Assembly: GCA_013115125.1 (NCBI GenBank)
Contig: JABANN010000011.1
Coordinates: 62,001 to 126,000, forward strand
Length of the DNA: 64,000 nt
From: Perkinsus olseni
Lineage: Eukaryota
Reading direction: 5' to 3'
Under the pieces are notes generated by a model. It saw only the letters and a program-made list of their open reading frames with translations, had not been told where the DNA came from and ran no database searches. Positions 22,601 through 35,775 of this stretch are shown here, piece by piece. A program made the translations under genes and the position numbers. How positions within the stretch are numbered: the first letter of the stretch is position 1; each line of letters begins with the position of its first letter.

Positions 22601-25600
22601 CGACCCTGAAATGTGTCTCTCAGGCCTTGGACGCTACCACAGGGACTGCATTCGTCCTTCTCGGTGTGGCGGCCTCTCGTGTGCCTAGTATAGTGAAGAT
22701 GGCCGAGTACGTCGATAAGTGGCTGCTGCTCTCACCAGCAGGTTCCAATACCTCCCAGGGGGTAGCTCACTGAGCACTCGCCCGTATCAATAGCGTCTTC
22801 TTGTAGGCTAGGGTCGCATCAGCTGTTCTATTGGCACGCCCGCAGGGGAGGCGGGGGCTGGCCAAGGCTTTGGGCCGTCTAGCGGGGGTGCATTTCGATC
22901 ACGTTACGGGTGAGTCGCACGGTTCGACCCCGGATAGTGTCTCACCTGAATTCATCAGATCTGATGCGGAGGGCAGCGGCCAGTCACGTGGCGACCCGCC
23001 GTCCGAGTGCATTCTCAATCTTTGACAACACAGAGTTGCTGCAGCAAGGAGAATGGATACGGGCCACAGTGAACGCGTCGCTGGGCTACTGCGCGATGCT
23101 TGCTCCCTCCCCGCGAGTACTGCAACGACGCCTACGGGCCTTCTTCCTGGAGCCTCTGCTAACCGCTCTCAAAGAGGAAAGGAAAGCTGCACCCCTCGCT
23201 GCTGCCATCAGAGGCATAAAGCTCACAGCCGATGGGCTGATGCGCACGGATGCCGATGGTGGTGGCGACCCACAGCTCGAAATCGACCCCTCGCTAGCTC
23301 TGCTGCGGGATGAACTCGTGGTGGCTCTCTTGCCCTTCCTCCTTCAACCGGTCGTGTCCAACTCTGCCGTCTCGTCGGCTGCCTGGAAACTCGAGGCCTC
23401 CTCCTCCTCAACGCCACCTCAGCCCACGAGCGCCCAATCGACGGGAATGCTCCTGTGTGACGTGCTGCAGTGCATCGGTTCTCTCATAGCCCTTCCACTG
23501 GACCTGCAGCCGAGGATCTTCGCTCAAGTAGGCTCGCCCTCGCCTCGAAGGAGAGTTCCTAGCTCTGACAGATCCTCGAGACGGCGTTGCAAGTGCTGGT
23601 AATGTCCCTTCCTGAGTCCGCCGTCCCGCCGGTCTCGGCTACCGCGGCTCTCGCCACTAGCAACCTCGAGGAGATCGGCCAACTTTTTGCTGACGAGTGG
23701 GTCCTGACCGACCCGAATTCGGAACCTGAGGTATTCATCGACGAAGAGGGGGATGTCTTGGCTCGATAGCCTCCCGCAGGCTCGGGTCGTCGAGTGCTGT
23801 GAGGTGGTAGTTGCGGCACTGCTGTCCCATGCTCGGACCTGGCTGGGCGTCAGTCGCCTCATGCAGGCAGTGCACTCAGCAGGAGGCTCAGGACCAGTAG
23901 AGGCTCTCCGATGGGCATGCGCCAGGCTCAGCCTCGTGCTCTGCGAGAATGCGCCTGTGCTGCTCCCAGACAGCCGCCGCGAGGTTGGTCCATTCTGAGC
24001 TCACACGACTGTTCGACCGAGGCCGATAGTTGTCCTCCTCCTCAGCTCGGCGAATGGTGCGAGTGTGTCGCTCTTATACTCCCACACGTCGGGGACAGCA
24101 GCCTGGCTGTCCGCCGGGCATCTCGAGAAGCTATGAGACTCCTGCTGGAACGCAACGAGCGAAGCCATGATCGAGTCGAAGAGATGATGCCGTCGGAGCC
24201 GACAAGGGCGGAGCCTGCGCCGCACGATCGCCGCCGACCTTGTATGTCGCATCAAGTAATCGGAGTTCCGTGACCCCGAGTGCTCTGAAGGCATCCCATC
24301 TCAGCTGCTAGCGATCGGCCTCGCCGACGTGCTACCGGGCGACGCAGTGCCGGCCCTCCTTCAGCACCTCATGAGAGGTCAGTCCCCTAGCTAGTCCTTC
24401 CCACCTTGAACCGAGCAAAGGCTCAGGTGTTCACAACTCTGACCTCCGAGCGGCGGTCAGCACCATCGATGCACTGCATTTGATACTAGTCCATCGGGCA
24501 TCGAGCTTCGATAAAGAGACGGCCGCCAAGATGATCAGCACCGTCTTTGATAATGCCGACAGGCTCCCCTCAGGATCGGTGCTGCAGCAGAAGGTCCTCG
24601 CATGCACTCAAGTGAGGTCTTCCCATGCCCGCGATGGGCTAGGGATCGTTGGAGTCCGAAGCAGGTGCTGGCGAGCACCCAGTTCGACTCAGCTATGTCG
24701 GAGCTACTAGAAGTCGGGGAGGGCGAGTTTTCGCAGTCTCAGCTCCACGCGATACGGGTGATGGTGAAGGAGAAGCCCTTACTCCTCAGGATGCTCAACT
24801 CTCTCACTGACATACTCAACAACTCCTTCCCAAGTCATACCACTCCTTTCGTTTCTCTTCCGTCATGTGGCTCCCCAGTCAGGCTCTGATGGTCAGCCTA
24901 ATCGCATGGTCACTGCCGCGACAGAGGCGTTGTTCGTCATCTTCGAGGTGGATGATTCCGTGGTCACTGCTGCCTTGAAACGGCACGTCCCCGAAATTCT
25001 GGTCACCTTGCTGCTCCGGGTTGCCTCGGCACCAAGTGAAGGAGTCTTATCCCGCTCGTGTGAAGTGTAGTCTCTCCTCAGCAATATACCTGCGCAAGCG
25101 TGCCATTGAAGCCACGACGAAGATGCTCGAGGCCGTGGGAAAGCACTCGATGGCGTTGGCACTGCAACAGCAAGTACCACTCCTTTCCCTTCACAGCCTG
25201 TCCCCCTGGTTGACTCATCACCTGCATGCTTCTGGTCTTGGTTCCAGTCGCCTCTCCTCAGGTGGCGTCAGCGGTCACGGCGAGGATGAACACTCCCAGC
25301 CAGGGCAATGAGTTCGACACAGAAGACGTGCATGCCGATGGCGAGATCAATGAGATAATCGGTGAGACCATCTCGTTGTTCACCTACCGGACCGTCGATG
25401 TCACTCAGACTCCATGATATTCCTCTTCTGTCGGTCCACCTCCGACGAAGATTCACGAGCGACTCGCCAGAAGCTCGTTGAGTTCGCTCTGCCATTCGTA
25501 ACCCGGTCCATCCCAGGACACAGGATCACAGCGGTTGCTGTGCTAGCCCAGGCGAGCCTTCCACCTCCGCCTTTTACCAGCAACTCAGTCAGTAGTTGCC

Positions 25601-26830
25601 GAAAGTGGGTTCGTTGTCGTTTAGGTACTTTACTGGCCCAGTGTGCTCGAGGCTTCCTCTGGTGCTGAGGAGGAACACACCCCCATCGAGCACGTTTTAG
25701 GCCCGGTCGATCGCCTGACCCCGGGGGATCGAGAGGACTGCTGGGAACTAGCTCACACAGAATTGGGTACCAGTCTCCTTTCAATGCAGATCTTACGTGT
25801 TCATCAGCAGGTGGCTCGTCCACGCCTAGGCGCCGACGCTCCTCCCAAGCGTGCGTGCCACACGAGCTCGTCTCTGAGTGTACTGAATGCTTCCTGGCCG
25901 TGGTTGAGGATTCAGAGCAGCCCGGCGTCCGGAAGTACGCTATCAGAGGCCTCGCCAACGTGTTGCTGCTGGCAGCTGACAAGGACAGCGGTCTGTCGGA
26001 ACTGATGGACGACAAAGCCATTGATGTCCGATAACCAACCGAGTTCTCCGGCACGACGCGTTCCCTCTCAGATCCTCGATCGGCTCACACTCTCTCTGGG
26101 AGATGCTGATACGGGCCTTGTGCAAGAGGCAGTCAACGCTAGTCACCGAGCGGCCGTCCTTCGTCCCATCGGCTTCGATCCGGAAGTCTGGGAATCCCAC
26201 TTGCTGACCGAGCTGGGACCGGCGCTGTGTCCGCTGACCGACTCGCCATCGCCGGTTCTGCGGAAGTCTGTGTTCTACCTTCTCAGCAAGCTCAGCCAAA
26301 TCTGTGCGGCGCATCCTCCAAGCTCCGCATGCAGCGACAGCTTCTCTCGGGTGGAAGCACGTGTTGCCGTTACCTGTGCCATTCGACTGTGGGACAACTC
26401 CGTGGCCGTCAGCGACTCCGCCAAATGCTGCCTGGCGATGCTCTTGAGGAATCCTGAAGCTCACGACTCCCTTCTTTCCGAATCAGCGAAGTCCGCCGCC
26501 GTTCTGAGTGATCTGGTCGGTGTCCTCGTCAAGGCCCGGAGTGGGCGGCTCCTAACGCACGGTTGCGATCTGGAGTACCACATAGGAGTCTGCTGCGACT
26601 TCATCAATGGCGTCACTGACGGTGGCATCGAGATCGCGGCGGCGACCATAGCAGTTAACCTCCTGGCCAACTCGGGCGTGGCTGGAATCAGCCGGGACAC
26701 CCTTGTCGATCTGCGGAACAGGCTCATGCGTATCACAGTGGCCCTCAGCCCGTGGTCTCATCATAAACCCCACATGGCGAGCCTTATCGGCCTCCTTGCT
26801 ACAATAGGGACGTCGAGCTCAGGCGTATGA
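19641..26830 (+). CDS. Large HEAT-repeat protein, Maestro/MROH1-like; many exons
   Basis: ~7 kb of Leu-rich helical exons with HEAT-like turns (GDSSLAVRRASREAM, DSPSPVLRKSVFYLL, RLWDNSVAVSDSAKCCL). RITAVAVLAQ and VRKYAIRGLANV resemble MROH1. Confidence 0.65.
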
Positions 26831-26945
26831 AGGCATGCTATTGCTGTTACTTCCTCATCAGCAGCAACCTCTTGCGTTGAAGTTGTGCAATTGAACCACT
26901 CACTCCCTGTGCAGCCGATAGCCTCTGTGAGCTTCCACATTGTCC

Positions 26946-28338
26946 ATGCTATGTAGACACCGGCCCGACATGGCCAACGTAGCTCTCCTGGCCTTCATCT
27001 GCGGTATGGCAGCTATGGTAATTCTACGATGGCAACTGCGTGGCCCACCCCAGCTGATTCGCGCGGTCTGGTTGAGCGAAACTGAACACATCGACACAGC
27101 GAACGGTGAGTTGGTCCATCGTCGCCTTCCACTGTGAGAAGCCCCATCAGTACCTTGGCCGGCGATGGTCCTGACTCCCATCGCGCTGCTAGACTGTCAT
27201 CGTTAACTACAACTTCCTCCTGTGGCAGGCTCTCTCGTCTTGGGAACTCCTCCTCCGACCACGGTCAACGGCTCTCTAAGAGTTCCTAGTCGCCTCGAGG
27301 AGATCATGTGCGCGTCCTCGTCATCCGCGCAGCCATCGAGTTGGGAGAACTACACAGTTTTCTATGACCTGCCCAAGCCCTACCAGAGGACCTCCGAGCT
27401 CGAGATGCTCTGGCTGTACCAAGTGGCTCACACGACGGCAAGGATCCTCGAGCGTTTTGGATACGCGTATGTGGCCTGTGGTGGTACCCTCATCGGCGCC
27501 CTGCGAGATCGAGGCATCGTGGCACATGACGACGATATCGACTTGTGTACGGACAAGCGCAACTTCAGAAGGATGATGAAAGACCCTGGCGTGCTGGAAG
27601 CATTGAAGGCTAATGGCCTGCAATTGCTCCAATTCAACAGGTTGGGAGATCCGAGCGGCCTTCTCGCTCCGGCTTCGGTGGTGGTCCGCGTCGCTGGGGA
27701 GAATGATTTCCTCCAGTTGAATGACCCGAATTGATGGTACCATCATCTACCTTGTATCTAGCAGATACAAGGGTGGTGTTGGGTGTCGAGAGTGCCGTGC
27801 CGACCGCGAGCGTTGTCGGCCGCTGGACATCCTCGAGATGGTCAAGCATCCCCAGGACGCCTCTCGGCTGATCATGCATTTCTGCTACAACGAAGTGAAA
27901 AAGAAAGGGGACGGCGTTGTAAGGCGACCACTCGGTACTCTGAGGATAACCGTTTCATCCTTGGGTCAGGACCGGGCGGACTGCCGCGGCAGGACCTTCC
28001 CGGTGGACGTCCTCGACCATGCTGGTCCTATGCCATTCGGTTCCAGTACGTTGAGGACCCCAGAGCTCACTGTGGCTGAGATCCACTTGACCAGTACTCA
28101 GGGAGCCGACTGTGGAGATGCTTGAGAATGGTGACCTCAGGCGTCTATTCGAACTGGCGAGTACCTGAAGGTTGCGGCCATCACATCCGGCAAGAGGATC
28201 CCTGCGAAGCTCTCTCTGGTCGAGGGCAGCCCTTCGGCCCTGTGAAGGATCCGATCTGACTCGGAATATGCCCTCGGGAGGCGTCGTGCCTTGAAGAGAC
28301 ACCAGCATGGCCGATATCGGACGCCGAAAACGAAATAA
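26946..28338 (+). CDS. LicD/fukutin-family nucleotidyltransferase-fold protein with N-terminal TM anchor
   Basis: YVACGGTLIGALRDRGIVAHDDDIDL matches the LicD motif GTLLGAxRxxGxIPWDDDxD. N-terminal VALLAFICGMAAMVIL. 3' end approximate. Confidence 0.8.
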
Positions 28339-28594
28339 AACATGAAAAACGCTGAAAACGCCGGCCGACTGCTCGATAAGTTCGTGTGACTCCCACGCTA
28401 ACATGCAAAATACCGCATTGTCCTCGCGTACTGCATGCAGTCCTCTCCGAAGGTCGCCCAAGCTGTGTCGTCTTTACGAGTGGGAACAGGGTAATCGGGT
28501 GAGACATGCCGTCCAGTGGCCCCCTGGCAGTATTCCGAAGGTGCCTTTGAATTTTTTTCATTGTTATCGGCAGTCTGCTTGTATTTCCTCCCGA

Positions 28595-30023
28595 ATGCTT
28601 CCGTCGTCCTCGCCGCCCATGGATCGCCCTGGCAACCGTAGACTTAGCAGAATAATGAGTAGCGCCAGTACAATGGATAGCCGAGGATCCTTGCGGCTGG
28701 ACTGTCCCAACAACAGGGCCTCACGCCGGAGTGCGTTCGGCAGGGCCACCGAGGGGCCTCGGTATACCATGAAGAGGGGCCCCGATTGGTCAGCAGTCAA
28801 CAAGAGAGCCAGCAAAACCGCATACGACGTGAGCTGCGTTCACCTGACCCGAAGATTGCCAACGTCATAGGGGCTCGCTCGCGCCCTAGCACGGCTCAAC
28901 GGCGGGCCAGATCCAGCTGACTGGGGACGAAGCTCTCGGAGTACTACGGCGGGGATATTGCCGAAGATGATCAAAGACAATGGCGGTAGGGCTCGAAGGC
29001 CCTAGTGAGCGTCTAGTGAGTGAGTTTCAATAGGGACACTGCGGGAGACCATAGAGAACGAAGTCCACATGTCGCTATTGGACCGGCAGGCTATCTTAAT
29101 GTGGATGCTCGAGTCATTGGATGCCCTCAACGTGATGAGCGTTGCTGCTGCCGCCAGCCTCTGGCAGAGGTGCCCCCGTCAGGTCGATGATGCAGTTCTA
29201 TTCACAGCGATTAGCATTGCCGATCGATACGGCTCTCGACTGGCCAGAAGGAGTCGTTACTACGCCGCGAGCGCCCCGCTTTTCCTCTGCGGGGCGGATC
29301 TGCAGCAGGTGGCTCTTTCCTTCAGGAGGAACTCAGAAGTCTATATCTTCTTAGGCAATAGTAGCAGCACTTTGTATAGCGCTCAAGACCGCAGACACAT
29401 TCGACGGAAAAGATGCGCTGGAGAAAGGTTGGCACTGGCCAGGCAACCTCTCGTGGCGCCCCAACTATCTTCCTCAGGCGTCACTGTTGGAGATTTCCTC
29501 GCGCATTTGTGTGGTTACATGCTGCCTGCTGAGCAGATCTACACAGTCGAGGCGGCCATCCTCAACGAACTCAACTTTGATGTCTACAGCCAGACGGCTG
29601 AGGTGAAGGCTTCTGCATCACCAAACTCTCAGTGTCCCCTGTCAGTATGTCATCAGAAGCGTCTTCTCCGCTCACTGTCCCAACTTGCCTGCCGAACCTC
29701 TCCCTCGGGAGTATTGGCTAGCACAGTATCTAATGGAGGTCCTTGCGCTCTCTAAACCGCTGGCAGTGCTCAATACGCAGGCCAGTCTGGCAGCGGTCTG
29801 CATTGCTTGCGAGGTTTGTGGTGCCTACAGTCCCGTTCTTGCACCCCATGACTTCAATCATCTCCGGAGGGGAATCTTGGCAGTGTGGCAATCCCGAATC
29901 CGAAATCTGGGAAATGCTCTGACCGAAGCGATTGACAAGAAGTATGCATCGCCGAAGCGCCGATGCGTCAGTTTGATTTCATTGCAATATTACTTCGAAG
30001 AGGCTAGCTACTACTGCTCATGA
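28595..30023 (+). CDS. Cyclin (cyclin box); spliced
   Basis: DRQAILMWMLE...|VDDAVLFTAISIADRY, LQQV, EAAILNELNFDV, LAQYLMEV and AIDKKYASPKRRCVS are A/B-type cyclin patterns. Confidence 0.85.
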
Positions 30024-30114
30024 GACCACACTCGGCCTAGTATGCTTTATTCAAGATTGGTTACTCAACTGCGACCTGCCTCGAACCTCTATCATTTTTA
30101 AGTAAGATTGCCGA

Positions 30115-30430
30115 TGCTGCTACTTCTACTACGCAATTAATTGCCTTCGCTGCTCCTGAGCGATGCAACTTCCTGAGCTTGGCTTCTCAATGAGCTTGCG
30201 TCGCCTACTGACTACTGCTAGCATTTCGTCATCGTCATCAGCCGTTCAATCGCATTTGTCAACCCTTCGTCATCTCGAAGTGGTGGAACTGACTTATTAT
30301 TATTATTATTATTATCCTCTATATATGCCTGCTTCGTATAGTTACTTATACAGCGCCTTGTAGTAGCAGTAGTAGAGGATATATATGAAACTTCTGCGAC
30401 AATAGTAGTAATATACGTATCATCGTCGTT
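30115..30430. repeat. AT-rich low-complexity tract with (TAT)n and TAC/TAG triplet runs
   Basis: ttattattattattattattat at ~30294-30315; tagtagcagtagtag at ~30361. Confidence 0.7.
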
Positions 30431-30898
30431 CACCATTTACATGAACTCTCGTAGTCACAGATTGCTGCACTAGTGCTGACGACTGTGCTGAAGAGTGATC
30501 AGAACATGTCCTGCTACGGCAGCTCACTATCTCTATCACAATCTCCCGAGTGTTGTGTTGGTGAGTGATGGTGGCATTGTCGGAAAATTCATACCTACCG
30601 GGTCGCGGTATTCGATCTATCAAGACGATGAAGCGTTTCCGATTTACGCAAGCTAAGAAAGGCACGGCGCGCCCTTCATGCAGTTCTTACGTGTTAACTA
30701 GGACTGAGTTCCAGCCTTGATCCAGGCCAGTTCCTGAATATGATGAGGGCGCTATTCATCGGAATGGTAGATGGCTCATGACACCAACTTGAATTGAGAT
30801 TATTATTGATGATGAGCCCACTGTGATGCTTCGTGTGATGCAGCTCCACCCTGGTGGAGTCTATGACAGGGTGACACTAGAGTTCTACTATCACGTGC

Positions 30899-31092
30899 GA
30901 TACCGTGGTTACACTGTCACACGGTGTCACATGGTGATACGGTGGTTACACTGTCACACGGTGTCACACGGTGATACGGTGGTTACACTGTCACACGGTG
31001 TCGCATGGTGATAAGGTGGTTACACTGTTACACGGTGTCACATGGTGATACGGTGGTTACACTGTCACACGGTGTCACATGGTGATACGGTG
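30899..31092. repeat. 37-bp minisatellite, 5 copies plus a partial copy
   Basis: Unit gatacggtggttacactgtcacacggtgtcacatggt with 0-2 substitutions per copy. Confidence 0.95.
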
Positions 31093-31539
31093 ATACACCC
31101 CATAGTGGTGACAGTGGGACCAGAGTATCACCATTCGGCGCCTGCATGACTAGGTGACAGTGGTCGGTGGTCTCTCTGTCATGCGGCGGTCCTCGAGGAC
31201 CAAACCATGATCCAGGGCTCTCGCGGTAGACCACAGTTGCCTTGATTAGGGTCTCTTAAAGATGCATATACGCACACAATGTTTCCGTGCTCTTCCCTGC
31301 CTGCTGAAGGCCGAGGCATTTCGCGTACCGGAACCAATTTTTCGCTCGACCCTAACCCCCGCACTACGAATGAACTCAATATCACAGAATATTGGCAACA
31401 CCGGTATGTTGTCAGTGGCACATGCAACATAGGAATGTGAATGCTTAAAATTTATAGCGAACACGTCTTGATAAATACTCGAGTGAGCCCCGGTCCAACT
31501 GCTGCTGCGTTTATTTTTGCACATTAATTTGCACTGTTA

Positions 31540-34500
31540 AAGGCACTCCAACTTGTGGATTGTGAGATGCCATGACCTGTGAAAACAATCACCGCTCCAC
31601 TCCATCCAACCTCCTGTCGTTACCTGAGGCGACTGGCTTGGATGCGTCTTCGCCTCCTTCGCGAGATCCCTCCTGATGCAGCGGTTGTCTTTCAGGTAGC
31701 GCCAGATCTGAGGCAGTAGTGGTGAATCCAGAGTGATCAACCGGAGACGGCAGTCGTCAGAAAGCAGTGCTTGTTGCCATTGGGACTCACCACGAACTCA
31801 TAAACGAGTATAACGGTAATGATGGCGCATGCAGCGAGAAGCGCTGCTCCAAAGCCGGTGATACCAGCGGCATAAGTCCAGCAGAATTGGTTGATGAGTC
31901 CCTCCCAGCGCACGGCCCTGACGGAGCGAATCAGCACACCGAATCCTGACGGAGCCTGGACTGTCTACATGAAGCGGCAGCTGATACCGTCCAGGAGTTC
32001 CTGTATGGGAATGATGACAAGGCGGTCGACCAAATCGCGGAGGCCGGTATCGATCTTGTCGAACGACGCAACGCGCTCGACGTCCACTGCCTGCAAGCAA
32101 ACGAAAGTTGAACGCTTATGCTGATTGCGCTCTTACCGAGGCCTTAGCTTGTAGGTCGGTCTTGAAGTCCCTGATGAACTGCTGCCACTGGTTGAAGTCG
32201 CAGGTCCTCGAGGAGCCAGGGGAGGTTACAAACTTGCGATCGGCCGTCTCGAATATGGTGTAGCCTGTACAGTCGTAGTCGTTCTTGGTCATAACCTGCG
32301 AGAGATCGAGCAACTAGTGCCTCCGGGAAATTCACGGCGCATCGTACTGGCTGGCGGAGATTCAGCAAGTTGCCCCACGGCACCAAATTCTGGTTTGCTC
32401 CGCTGAGCTTGAAAGTGGTGCACTGAAAAAGCGAGCGACCGCGGATGAAATTGTACAGTAAATAGACGGGCAGACGTACCCCTGTAGCAGTGCCGAGGCC
32501 GACCCCGTTGCCACTCAAGGCGGCTATGTACTCATCAACTCCGATAAGAGTTTTCCCTGCCAAAGCGAATGTACACTGTGTCTGCCTTCGAGAATATCCT
32601 ACCATCCAGGGAGGCGATTGGGTCCCTAAACTCCGGGCTCAGCGCGGAGAGGTCGATGGTTCTGTTGGAACACTCCGGCACACCAGCGAAGCCCGCCTCC
32701 AGAATAGCGGCACCAGCCGACAGACTTGGCGGCGAAGTCTGTAAGACGACAGAATCTCAGCGCTCGGCAAACTCTATACGAAAGATGAAATAGAATTGGC
32801 AGCTTACTCCGTCCCACTGGTAGTTCGCGTCAGACTGCAACGCGGCAGCTCTGTCGGGATCCAAGACGTACAAGTCACCGACCGCGTCAATGGCATTGAG
32901 AAGATCCTAAGGTGGTACGGGTGCAGGTCGGAGGAGAGGCCGAGGGGCTCACCCTGAACGCCGGCAAGTTGGCAATGTTGAGGCTTGGGTCGTTGATGTC
33001 CGCCCCGACCGAGGTAGTTATCTTGTCAAATTCGGTTTTGATGCGCTCCTGTGAAAATGGGAAGAACACGATAATTAGTACGCCTCGAAGAAGAAGGAAT
33101 CGGTCCCCGCTATCGACTCTGCGGTGATTCCCGAACGCGGAACGGTCCATCGGAACCTTGCGCTCGCGTGAAAGTAATAGAGCTTCTCTACCTCGACGTT
33201 GAAGGTCTCTCGCAGAGTCTTCCCATCATCCACCTCGATCGTGGAAAGGATGTCACCGTCGCCGGCGGGATCCAAACAGGTCCCGATGAACTTCTTGACG
33301 TCCTGCAACCAGCAGCGGCTCGATGCACTACAATTGCTATGCAAAATCATCGACTCACGTCGTTATCGGAGGATAAGTAGCGACCAGCAGGCGGGGCCGG
33401 CAAGGCCGGGAGGAGCCGACGAACAGGCCCGTCACGGTCTGAAACAGCAGCAGCGTGCAAGGCGAGTGGAGCGTATCGTCTATCCGTACTGGCCAAGCTC
33501 TGGAAGTCGTCATACATGTCGATGATCTTGGGGACGTCATGGATGATCATGCAGACAGAGCCTTCAAAGTAAGCCAGGATCATCACCTGTTCGGTCGAGA
33601 TTCGATCGTGTCGCGAGACGCAGTGAATCTCACAATTCCTGAGACGTAGCAGGCGATGAAGACGTAGAGGCATGTGCAGCAGCAGGAGCAGCACACGCCG
33701 CAGGGATTGGTAACCTTGTCGGTGTGGTCTTCCGGAGGCTTCCTGAACGGGCAGGAGAACGATCGGTCGTTACGGAGATGCGACATCGGGGCTCACCGGA
33801 AGCATCCACAGAGAACGACAAGAATGAGGAGGACGATGGGTAGGAAAACGCCTGCAGCCCAGCCGAGAGTGGCGGAGCTGATAACGTCGAGGACCTGGGC
33901 AACGCCGCCATTGCGTGACGTTCCAGATGGCCGCTACTCACGTCACGAATGTCCTCTTCGTTGTTGATGAGCGCGTCTCCGATCTTATCCTCGAAGACGT
34001 CGCGGAACTCGTCAAGGGGGTCGATGGCTTTCGATGCCTCGCTATGGAGGTCTACGATATTCTGGCCACGCAGCTCCTGTCGAACCTGAGGAGCCGTCCG
34101 TCACGGTTGGCCTTCGCCGAACCATCTCATACCATATCCCGAGCTTCGTTCAATGCACCGGCGGCACTGCCCTTCAACTCGTCCAGGACCTGAAACAGCT
34201 ACTTGCAACACCTCGCTATCTACGAGTGCTTACCTGGGCCACCAGGGGGTTTGGTCCGCCGCAGCAAGCGTCGCAGAAGACACAGGTGTACTCGCCGACG
34301 CGGCGATTCTCCGGCTTGCCCAAGGTCGCCAGCATGTTCTCCAGAGAACCAGTGAGATCAGCTACAGCGCGACTACGACGAGACAGGAATGCAGAATTTC
34401 TGCAGCAGAAGCCGGACAGCAGAGGGCAGGGCTCACTCCAGTGTGCGGGTCTCCAGGAGTAGATTGTCCACGCCAGGCAAGAGCTCTCCGTTGCCGTTGG

Positions 34501-35466
34501 GATCCAACTCATCCACAAGGTCCTTGACCGAATCTATCATTGGCACCAGACCGATAAAAGCGTCATCGTTCTCCATATTGGATTCCTGACAAGGACTGCT
34601 TCCTGATCACACGTCACAACGCTCAAGGACCCACCCCGCCGGGGTAGCCATTGAGGGAGTTATTAGCGAGCTTATAGACTTCACAGAAGGTGCCGTCGGC
34701 ACCGCTGCTCATCGTGTCCTGCGACCCAATGGCGATGGAGCCAGCGATGAGGAGGGCCAGAGCGAGGAGCATGCCGACGAGAATGAAGCCAAAGCGGGTC
34801 GTCTGCTTCGGAGTGCGAAGACCTTTCTTGGACTCGCCGAGGCAGAACCAGCAGCAGGCCTTCCGCCAGCAGCGGCAAATGAAGCATGGTAAGAGGATCT
34901 ACAACGACGACGCGAGTCGCCAGCGGTAGCAGTCGGGGTACTTACAATCCAACCGATCACCAACAGGAAGGCAAGAGAGAAGCCGCCGCCAACACGATTG
35001 GCTGCGGACTGGATGTCACCACGTTTGTCCTCAATGCACTCAGTCAGGATGTCGTCGTTGTCACTGTGGCCTGCTCACGACGAGGGATACACAAGCACAT
35101 GACCGCCTCCGCGAGGCCTCACATCGCTCATCCCTGATGAACATCTCTAAGACGTTGTCGCCTACGAATTTCTCAACAGCTTTCTTCTTGTCGGCAACAT
35201 CGAGGTCCAACTTCGGATCCTTCACGGCTTCGCAAACCTATAGGGCGGACGTGCTCAATCAGCCCGTGGCTCAGTCCCCTCCGAGCTGAATTCATGAAAT
35301 GCAACACTTGCAATGGATTTGTCTCTGCTCCCTAGACCGTTCATTTTCAATATCGAATGCCGGTTCGATATTGTCTGCTTACCACGTCAACCCTCTCTAA
35401 AGCTTTGTCGGCGACAGGGCCGGCGAAGGCCAGGCCAAGCAGAGGTGCAGAACCAAGAAGCCGCAT
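31540..35466 (-). CDS. Prominin/tweety-like 5-TM membrane protein with signal peptide; many exons, 3' end approximate
   Basis: Signal MRLLGSAPLLGLAFA. TM1 is followed by Cys-rich CFICRCWRKACCWFC and TM2 (FGFILVGMLLALALLIAGSIAIG). After a large loop come TM3, PCGVCCSCCCTCLYVFIA and TM4, then another large loop and TM5 (GFGAALLAACAIITVILVY). Confidence 0.65.
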
Positions 35467-35775
35467 GCAAAAATCAACTGATGCCGGTGGAGTGTTGCCT
35501 CTGCAGCCGCGATGAGACGTGGTGATGACGAGACAGCGAAAGTGCTCTTTTCTTGCATTTCTTGCATTTAGGCAAATCGTGTTCACAGAGATCCGTTGCC
35601 GTTGCCTTTCGAACGGGCACGTGAAATCAAAGAGTGAGGCAATTCAGCATATCGGAGTATAAGGGATACGGTCCAAGCGAAGAGCCACGATGCTGGAAAC
35701 GGCGTGAAACTGTCCCGAGCCATCACCGAAATCGATACCAAAACAATCGGAACTTTCATCAGTCTTTTTTGCAAA

